Below are positions 27,110 to 32,478 of a DNA stretch of 32,478 nt, piece by piece. Source of the DNA: an uncultured Streptococcus sp. (GTDB lineage Bacteria > Bacillota > Bacilli > Lactobacillales > Streptococcaceae); NCBI GenBank assembly GCA_963553705.1, contig CAUVQK010000001.1, positions 1 to 32,478 of the forward strand, read 5' to 3'. Positions within the stretch are counted from its first letter, which is position 1; each line of letters begins with the position of its first letter. A program made the position numbers and the translations under genes. The notes beneath the pieces are model-generated. The model worked only from the letters and a program-made list of their open reading frames with translations, had not been told where the DNA came from and searched no databases.

Positions 27110-28007
27110 CCTTTCGTCTGTTGTTTCCGCCCATTTGGACTTCTGTCATTAGCTTTGTCAGGCGCTCCTCTAATCGAGTTGCGTCCATCGGAATGACGTC
27201 CTTGCCTTGGCGTACTTGGTTGATGTAGTCCATGATGGTTAGGTTGCTGGTAACAAAAGTCGGTAGCTTGTTGTTCATCCGGTAGTCAAAGATGTCGTAG
27301 ATGACCGTCTTGAGCGACCAGTTTGTGATGGTCTCGGTTCCTAGATCATCGAAAATGAGGACCTCACTATTGGTCTTAATGTTCCGTAGGAAGCTATCCA
27401 GGTCTGCACTGTTGTACTTGATTTTCTCGTGGCAGTCCTTGATGAGTTGATTCATGCTCAGGAAGCGGACCGAAATATTTTTAGCAACTAGGCGGTTGGT
27501 GAAGGCGCCCATCAGGTGAGTCTTCCCGATACCCATGGCGCCTACCAACCACATGCCTTTGCTGTACTGGCCTTGGCTATATGCATCGATGAATCGTTTG
27601 ATGTAGGCGTAGGCCTTAGCGTTGTATAAATCCTGGTCTTCCTTGCCGACTGTGGCATCTCTGAATGACTCGGTCGTGGCATCGTAATGTGCCTTAGCAA
27701 CCATGCTATGTCCAGACATCAGTCGGAATGCCAATCGCTCGTTTCGTGGGATGTACTCGACCATGATGTTGTGATCATAAATCTTAAGATTAGCTGAATA
27801 CCATTCGTCCGTGTCGCGGACCTTGATATACTCACGAAATCTTGGCAGATTTCGTTGAATAAAGTCTGCGTCCTCAGCTAAATCGTACTGCTCTAGGAAC
27901 ATCCGAACATCAATGTCCTCTAGCGTGCGCTTGGCTGCTTCCTTGGCTTTCTCGATAATGTGAGGAGGCATCTTGGCGAATAGGCCGCTAAAATCTAGCT
28001 CATTCAA
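27102..28007 (-). CDS. Helicase loader ATPase (DnaI/DnaC/IstB-like)
   Basis: GAMGIGKT Walker A, VLIFDDLGTE Walker B, YRMNNKLPTFVTSN, RL.ERL, G.NRR. Confidence 0.9.
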   Translation of the reverse strand: MNELDFSGLFAKMPPHIIEKAKEAAKRTLEDIDVRMFLEQYDLAEDADFIQRNLPRFREYIKVRDTDEWYSANLKIYDHNIMVEYIPRNERLAFRLMSGHSMVAKAHYDATTESFRDATVGKEDQDLYNAKAYAYIKRFIDAYSQGQYSKGMWLVGAMGIGKTHLMGAFTNRLVAKNISVRFLSMNQLIKDCHEKIKYNSADLDSFLRNIKTNSEVLIFDDLGTETITNWSLKTVIYDIFDYRMNNKLPTFVTSNLTIMDYINQVRQGKDVIPMDATRLEERLTKLMTEVQMGGNNRRKDD

Positions 28008-28780
28008 AATGGCTCACCTCCGCTGGCTTTCAATTCTTCAAGCGCAGCTAAGTCATCAGCTGATGGCTGATACTCAACCGGCTTAATTGGTCCTTGGCCT
28101 TTGGGCTCTGGTAGTTCATCGTTCCACCTTTCTTGATTGAACCAGGTACTGCCATGTGCGATGTACTTAGCTTCTGTCTTGTTGGCTTGGATGTGTCGCT
28201 TGTATCTGTACACTCCCTCCAGAATTTTGCTTGGGTCAGTACCATTAGCTATAGCCTTATTGTATGCAGCTAACGCTTTGGTTTTCCCTTGCTTATTCGG
28301 GTACTCATTCCAGATGGTCTCGAACATGTCGTTTTGGTACGAAATCGACATATTATTATTCTTAATTGTATTTCTATATATTGTATTTCTCTCTTGGTCG
28401 TTTTCGACCATAGGGGGGTAGTCGTTTTCGACCATACCCTCTGGTCGTTTTCGACCATAGGTATAGTCGTTTTCGACCATAGGGTAATTGAACTTTTTAA
28501 CTAGCTTGATTGAACGTTTTTCAATCTTCTTTTGCTCGTTCCTAAAAATCTTTACTTGGATGTACCCTTTGATTACCAGGCTAGAGATTATCTTCGAGAT
28601 TCTCCCTTTGCTTAAGCCAAACAGGTCTGCAAAATGTTGGTTCCCTGCATAGCAACCTTGCTCGTTATCAAGACTGTCAATCTCGACTAACATAACGCGC
28701 TCGATTAGGCTTAGGTTACGGTCAAACCAAATTTCTTTAGGTATCCAAATACCTTTAAAGCTTCTTTGTTCCATGTTCAT
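28004..28780 (-). CDS. Phage replication initiator (N-terminal wHTH)
   Basis: FKGIWIPKEIW, IDSLD...GCYA.N..FA..FG.S, FE.IW..YP.K.GK..A, STWFNQERW.DE; contains iterons. Confidence 0.9.
   Translation of the reverse strand: MNMEQRSFKGIWIPKEIWFDRNLSLIERVMLVEIDSLDNEQGCYAGNQHFADLFGLSKGRISKIISSLVIKGYIQVKIFRNEQKKIEKRSIKLVKKFNYPMVENDYTYGRKRPEGMVENDYPPMVENDQERNTIYRNTIKNNNMSISYQNDMFETIWNEYPNKQGKTKALAAYNKAIANGTDPSKILEGVYRYKRHIQANKTEAKYIAHGSTWFNQERWNDELPEPKGQGPIKPVEYQPSADDLAALEELKASGGEPF
28397..28481. repeat. Four iterons (GTCGTTTTCGACCATA), probable replication origin
   Basis: Exact 16-mers at 28397, 28421, 28444 and 28466 inside the initiator gene, next to an AT-rich tract (~28350-28392). Confidence 0.88.
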
Positions 28781-28784
28781 TCAC

Positions 28785-28982
28785 CTACTTAACCGCTATC
28801 CAATCATCTGCCAGAATGTCATCCTTGGATGGATTCCAAGAGTTCATCCGGCTAGCTGGCATGATAACTACAAAGCCTTGTACTTCGTCAGTTGGGAGTA
28901 GCTTTACTGGTTGGTCCCACGACGCTCGCTTGATGTAGCTATGGTCATCGGTGATGCTTCGTATTGCTTCAATAATCGTCAT
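28785..28982 (-). CDS. DUF2829 / Thoeris anti-defence Tad2-like protein
   Basis: M.I.EAI.......I.R.SW...WNPS.DDILADDW; ATG at 28982 after AGGAG. Confidence 0.75.
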   Translation of the reverse strand: MTIIEAIRSITDDHSYIKRASWDQPVKLLPTDEVQGFVVIMPASRMNSWNPSKDDILADDWIAVK

Positions 28983-29016
28983 TTTTAACACTCCTATGTA
29001 CAAAATTAGTTATGTG

Positions 29017-29079
29017 TGCTAAAATAGACACATATAAGTTTTGTGAGTCGATTTGAGTTGCCGCTCTATCGACTTTTTT
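29017..29079 (+). ncRNA. Candidate small antisense transcription unit (extended -10 plus terminator)
   Basis: TGcTAAAAT at 29017-29025; hairpin AGTCGAT..GAG-TTGCCG-CTC.ATCGACT plus T run ending at 29079. Confidence 0.5.
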
Positions 29080-29263
29080 GTTTGTCCCAAACTGCTTTTG
29101 TGCATACATACATGCCACTTTCTGTGTAATAAGCATCTCTTGCTGCCTGCATAGTCAGTTCTTCGGTTGGGTCAAACCCCTCTGCATATAATGCGTGGCG
29201 AACTGTTGCCACGGCCCTTGCTTGGGCTTCGTCACTTAATTGGTCAAATTCATACATTTCCAT
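29066..29263 (-). CDS. Hypothetical protein
   Basis: 65-aa ORF with GGAGG RBS. Confidence 0.7.
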   Translation of the reverse strand: MEMYEFDQLSDEAQARAVATVRHALYAEGFDPTEELTMQAARDAYYTESGMYVCTKAVWDKQKSR

Positions 29264-29273
29264 TTCCTGCCTC

Positions 29274-29471
29274 CTAATAAAATTTGATGATGTCTCTGAT
29301 AATGGCCATCGCCTTCTCGCTTCTGTCTCTGCCTGCTAGAATCTCGTCTAGCTGATTGACAGTAAGTCCAAATTGTTCGGCAACCATGGCCGTTGTTAGG
29401 CCGAGTTTGTACATGGCAAAGTGCACATTAGCGGTGAAGCTTGCCATTGATGTATTAGCGCTTATCTTCAT
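29274..29471 (-). CDS. Small XRE/Cro-like HTH protein
   Basis: GLT...VAEQFGLT.NQL.EIL.GR. Confidence 0.65.
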   Translation of the reverse strand: MKISANTSMASFTANVHFAMYKLGLTTAMVAEQFGLTVNQLDEILAGRDRSEKAMAIIRDIIKFY

Positions 29472-29649
29472 TTTTCAGCCAATCTTCCTCTAGACCACAA
29501 ATGACCATGGATGCAAGCATTAACGCGATTGCGATAGCATTGACATCACCGTCACCGCCTGGTTTGCCGATTAGCATAGCTGCCAACAGCATCCATACAA
29601 AACAAGCAATCATGATGGCAATCATCAGCCAAATATGTAAATGTCTCAT
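29455..29649 (-). CDS. Small membrane protein (two transmembrane helices)
   Basis: GGAGGAG RBS; two hydrophobic segments. Confidence 0.65.
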   Translation of the reverse strand: MRHLHIWLMIAIMIACFVWMLLAAMLIGKPGGDGDVNAIAIALMLASMVICGLEEDWLKNEDKR

Positions 29650-29659
29650 GATACTCCTC

Positions 29660-29938
29660 CTAGATCTGCACGAGTGTTTTGGCAGGGTTGTTGGCCCACC
29701 AATCTCTAAATCGACGCTTAAAGATTCGGTAGCGACCGCCCTGACTTGTCGGATAGATGCACCAACCAGTTGACGGGTTTCTAACTACCTCAATCTCACG
29801 ACGGTTCTGTGCCAAAATCTTGATTAGTGTAGATCGTCCAACCGAAACCAGTTTAAGTGCCTGGTCGATGGTGAGTTCTTCTGTGTCTTCGTCTTCTAAT
29901 CGTCGCTCTAACAACGATAGACGCTCTTCAATCGTCAT
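29660..29938 (-). CDS. Excisionase-like/DUF771-like DNA-binding protein
   Basis: LTI.QA....SVGRSTL HTH; GW..YP...G.RY.......F..W. Confidence 0.65.
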   Translation of the reverse strand: MTIEERLSLLERRLEDEDTEELTIDQALKLVSVGRSTLIKILAQNRREIEVVRNPSTGWCIYPTSQGGRYRIFKRRFRDWWANNPAKTLVQI

Positions 29939-29940
29939 AG

Positions 29941-30123
29941 CTATTCATCCTCCAGTACATCTTTTAGGATTTCTTCGATTTGGTTGATACGCTCTGGTGT
30001 TTGGCGTCGGCCTTTTAGGAGGTCTCCCACATAGACGCGTGATACACCCATTTGTCGGGCCAACCATGCGGCCGACTTTCCTTTTTTGACTAGTGCGATT
30101 CGTACTCGCTTTTCAAATAACAT
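29941..30123 (-). CDS. Cro-like XRE HTH protein
   Basis: LARQMGVSRVYVGDLLKGRR. Confidence 0.85.
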   Translation of the reverse strand: MLFEKRVRIALVKKGKSAAWLARQMGVSRVYVGDLLKGRRQTPERINQIEEILKDVLEDE

Positions 30124-30124
30124 G

Positions 30125-30337
30125 CTAACTCTCCTCCCTGAAATAGTTGATATCCACGTTAAAAGCGTCAGATAATTTGCATATTAGTTCAAAACTAGGT
30201 TTTTTTACTTTGCCATTCCGTATTGCTGGCAATAATGAAGTGCTGATATTTGCTCTTCTTGCCACTTCTGCCTTGGTTAGCTCAGTTTTGTCCAATAACT
30301 CGCTTATTTTGTTCCACAATATATTGTGTTTACACAT
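30125..30337 (-). CDS. XRE-family HTH protein
   Basis: EVARRANIS.S.L..IRNGK.KKPSFE.I.KLSDAFNV.I.YF; ATG at 30337 after AAGGAG. Confidence 0.88.
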   Translation of the reverse strand: MCKHNILWNKISELLDKTELTKAEVARRANISTSLLPAIRNGKVKKPSFELICKLSDAFNVDINYFREES

Positions 30338-30403
30338 TGTTTTCAACTCCTTACGCACAACATGTAGGGTTGTAATGTTGACTCACAACTCAATATGTTA
30401 TAC
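30314..30403. promoter_or_regulatory. Tandem NrdR-box-like palindromes
   Basis: cCACAATATATTGTGt (30314-30329), gCACAACATGTAGGGt (30355-30370) and weaker aCTCAATATGTTATAc (30388-30403), compared with consensus acaCwAtATaTwGtgt. Confidence 0.6.
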
Positions 30404-30406
30404 ACT
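30378..30406 (+). promoter_or_regulatory. sigmaA promoter for the 103-aa + strand gene
   Basis: TTGACT-17 bp-TACACT. Confidence 0.6.
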
Positions 30407-30478
30407 TAATATGTCTTCATCATCATTACCTTCTACTTCGATGTTTAGACACACTCTTAAAAGAAACGAGGTGATATT

Positions 30479-30790
30479 ATGTTTAAGATTACTGGCTTAG
30501 AAGAGCTTGAAAAGCAACTTTCTCAGTTAGAACGGAATGCTAATCGTTTTGATGGCGAGCACACGGTTTCTTTCGATGACCTGTTCACACCGTCATTTAT
30601 GATTAAATACACGAGTTTTGACTCTATTGATGAATTCGTTGAATCTAGCGGTTTTGATTTCCAAAACCAGGAAGAAAATGACGAAAGCTCATTGGATGAA
30701 TTTGTTCGCGAAAATACATCCTTTGATGATTGGCATTCAATGCAAGAGAAAGCTGCTGAACTCTGGGCTCTTAAACGGCTTGGACTCTAG
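30479..30790 (+). CDS. Acidic hypothetical protein, moron-like (opposite strand to the early operon)
   Basis: GAGGTGA RBS and own promoter; LF...FM...T.F.SIDEF...SGF...LDEFV..NT.F..W..M. Confidence 0.8.
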   Translation: MFKITGLEELEKQLSQLERNANRFDGEHTVSFDDLFTPSFMIKYTSFDSIDEFVESSGFDFQNQEENDESSLDEFVRENTSFDDWHSMQEKAAELWALKRLGL

Positions 30791-30911
30791 GCTTAAATGA
30801 TTGAATTTCTTCAATCGTCTCTGTTAACTGTTCGCATTGCTCTTTTGCAGTGTCGAGCAGTTTTTTTAGGTCGTCGATATTTTCAATTTTGATCGTCGTT
30901 GTCAGTTCCAT
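30771..30911 (-). CDS. 46-aa coiled-coil protein (not in ORF track)
   Basis: AAGGAGGTGA RBS; MELTTTIKIENIDDLKKLLDTAKEQCEQLTETIEEIQSFKPRVQAV. Confidence 0.7.
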   Translation of the reverse strand: MELTTTIKIENIDDLKKLLDTAKEQCEQLTETIEEIQSFKPRVQAV

Positions 30912-31074
30912 GCTCTCACCTCCTTCGGATGGTATGTCACTTTATCTTGTAAATTCTTGCTGAATGTTTTAGGTTTCTTGCTGATTTTGTTCCCACCTCT
31001 TCTCCTAACCTCAAGCAGTAGGTATTATGAATCTAGCTGCCTGCTTGCTTGAGGTTGTTGAGGAGGTGAAAAAT

Positions 31075-31263
31075 ATGGAAAAAGAGAACAAGCCTTTTCC
31101 GTCTGATAAGTTAGAAGCTTTGGCGTTGCTTTATGTTGAAAAATCATCTGACTTAAAGAATCTTTCTCCTGAGTCTTTATTAAGTCTGTACAATCTTGCT
31201 TACGATAAACTTCGCAAGGCTGATGCTGAAGAAAAACCAAATCCAATGGGGTACTTTCAGTAG
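31075..31263 (+). CDS. 62-aa hypothetical protein, moron-like
   Basis: GAGGAGGTGA RBS before the ATG at 31075. Confidence 0.7.
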   Translation: MEKENKPFPSDKLEALALLYVEKSSDLKNLSPESLLSLYNLAYDKLRKADAEEKPNPMGYFQ

Positions 31264-31415
31264 AAAATTAGCGTTTTAGCGGTGCTAATCAAATTTGCCA
31301 TTGAGTTTGTTAGATTCGCTAACTTATCAGGGTCTGATGTTTCCTTGGACACATTTTTGAGTAATTCGAGTTGCTCCTTGATGGTGTCCAGGGCTTTTTG
31401 TGTTTCCTTAGTCAT
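31257..31415 (-). CDS. 52-aa helical protein, first gene of the early lytic operon
   Basis: GGAGGGGGTGA RBS before the ATG at 31415. Confidence 0.65.
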   Translation of the reverse strand: MTKETQKALDTIKEQLELLKNVSKETSDPDKLANLTNSMANLISTAKTLIFY

Positions 31416-31467
31416 GCTCTCACCCCCTCCCGGTGGAAAATAATCCATTGAATCAGTTACATTTTTG

Positions 31468-31496
31468 TTGACATCCAATGGAATATCTTACATAAT
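31468..31496 (+). promoter_or_regulatory. Lysogenic (repressor) promoter
   Basis: TTGACA-17 bp-CATAAT, pointing toward the repressor gene. Confidence 0.75.
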
Positions 31497-31609
31497 GTAA
31501 GCATAAGAAATAAGCGCACGTTCTGAAAGCTACCTATCACTGTCTTGGCGGACTCGTTTTCTGGGGCTTCATTTGTGCTGATTTGCTTATCAATTTAGCT
31601 TACAAGGTT

Positions 31610-31638
31610 AGTATAATGGAAATTTTTACATTAGTCAA
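31610..31638 (-). promoter_or_regulatory. Early lytic promoter
   Basis: TTGACT-17 bp-TATACT, pointing toward the early genes. Confidence 0.8.
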
Positions 31639-31693
31639 TAGGTAAATGTAATTTTTTGCATTTTTCTTCCTTGTGTTTAGGGAGATGATTATA

Positions 31694-32104
31694 ATGTCGC
31701 TGTTGCAGAGGGTTAAAGATTTAGTTAACCTGAAGAAAATTACCATTGCGGAATTAGAAAGAGTTACTGGTCTTAGCCAGGGCAGCATACGAAATTGGGA
31801 TAAAACTAGTCCGGGTGTAGATAAGGTGCAGAAGGTTGCTGAGTATTTTAATGTCTCAACGGACTACCTAACCGGACGAACCGAACAACCTTATTATGCC
31901 CTTACCGAAAAAGAAAAGTTGGACATTGGACAGGAGGTAGATCGCCTGCTAGACGGTATGGCTACCAATGCAGAGGTCAACTTTTACGGTGAACCAATGA
32001 CTGACGAAGGTAAGGCTGCGCTTAAGGCGGCTATCCAAATGGCCATGGAGCTTAACAAGCAAAAGGCCAAGCAACACTTCACGCCTAAAAAATACAGAAA
32101 CTGA
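31694..32104 (+). CDS. Prophage repressor (XRE HTH, ImmR-like, no S24 peptidase domain)
   Basis: ITIAELER..GLSQGSI.NW....P..DKVQKVAEYFNVSTDYL.GRT; GGGAG RBS before the ATG at 31694. Confidence 0.9.
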   Translation: MSLLQRVKDLVNLKKITIAELERVTGLSQGSIRNWDKTSPGVDKVQKVAEYFNVSTDYLTGRTEQPYYALTEKEKLDIGQEVDRLLDGMATNAEVNFYGEPMTDEGKAALKAAIQMAMELNKQKAKQHFTPKKYRN

Positions 32105-32118
32105 TTTGAGGTGACGCC

Positions 32119-32478
32119 ATGACAATCGGTGATGAGGTCGACAAGCTATATCGTGCGCATGCAACGTACGATGCGCGTCGCATTGCCAAGGATAAGAAGA
32201 TTGACATACTGGTCATGCCGTTGGACTCCGATACCTGCGGTCTGACGGTCAGAAACAGTCGTTTTAACACTATCATCCTCAATGAGCTGATTGAGGAGAA
32301 TTTACAAGAGTATACACTCTGCCATGAGCTGGGCCACTGCGTCTTGCATAAGCAGGCTAGCACTCCATTCATGCGATCAGTCTCTGTATCGTCATCCATC
32401 ATGCGCATGGAGGCGGAGGCGCATCGCTTTGCCTTTGAGTTGCTCAATAGGCAGTATGCAGAGTTGTCGCTCATGTCT
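32119..32478 (+). CDS. ImmA/IrrE-family metallopeptidase (anti-repressor), truncated by the window end
   Basis: GAGGTGA RBS; MTIGDEVDKLYRAHATYD...CHELGHCVLH...EAEAHRFA (HExxH); absent from the ORF track because it has no stop codon in the window. Confidence 0.9.
   Translation, partial: MTIGDEVDKLYRAHATYDARRIAKDKKIDILVMPLDSDTCGLTVRNSRFNTIILNELIEENLQEYTLCHELGHCVLHKQASTPFMRSVSVSSSIMRMEAEAHRFAFELLNRQYAELSLMS

Larger units (their letters stand above)
31433..31661. promoter_or_regulatory. Five 16-bp operator-like palindromes (ATGKAA-N4-TTACAT)
   Basis: GTGGAA-AATA-ATCCAT 31433; ATTGAA-TCAG-TTACAT 31447; ATGGAA-TATC-TTACAT 31478; ATGGAA-ATTT-TTACAT 31616; ATGTAA-TTTT-TTGCAT 31646. Two lie in promoter spacers. 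Confidence 0.75.
1..32478. mobile_element. Temperate siphovirus/prophage (HK97-type head, non-contractile tail), lysis end at left, immunity end truncated at right
   Basis: Canonical module order: repressor, early genes, replication, late activator, terminase, portal, protease, capsid, neck, tail, holin, lysin. No integrase or att site is visible, so the boundaries are the window limits. Confidence 0.95.

Noticed and set aside
28397..28481. Mini CRISPR array
   Set aside because: Spacers are only 6-8 bp, the repeats are inside the initiator CDS and there are no cas genes; these are iterons.
30905..31000. Micro-ORFs on the minus strand (19-aa GTG start or 27-aa ATC start)
   Set aside because: Too short or non-canonical start; cannot be supported from sequence alone.
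32085..32474. 129-aa minus-strand ORF
   Set aside because: Shadow of the + strand ImmA-type metallopeptidase, which has an RBS and an HExxH motif.

Overview
The whole window is an apparently near-complete temperate siphovirus (prophage) of a Gram-positive, probably Lactobacillales-type host. The host is inferred from gene content and cell-wall-binding repeats and was not identified. Almost all genes are on the minus strand. Reading right to left: immunity region (XRE repressor plus ImmA-type metalloprotease on +, cut off at the window end; the lysogeny integrase is not in the window); early genes with two + strand moron-like genes; replication (initiator with four iterons, DnaI/DnaC-type loader, SSB); accessory genes (Tad2/DUF2829-like, NrdH, MazG-like, YopX); ArpU-type late activator; a small tyrosine recombinase; HNH, cos-like region and terminase; HK97-type head; tail (with a -1 frameshifted chaperone, an evolved Dit and a split Tal); holin; lysin; and a final structured non-coding transcription unit. 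The most unusual signals are five. (1) Face-to-face switch promoters whose complementary leaders form a long hairpin capped by the CGCCAA/UUGGCG kissing-loop hexamer known from plasmid antisense control. (2) NrdR-box-like palindromes in the early region. (3) A Tal split into two genes around a small inserted gene, carrying a catalytically dead OatA-like SGNH domain. (4) A ~180-nt structured RNA downstream of the lysin. (5) A recombinase followed directly by a dif-like site. All family assignments come from reading motifs by eye; no searches were run.
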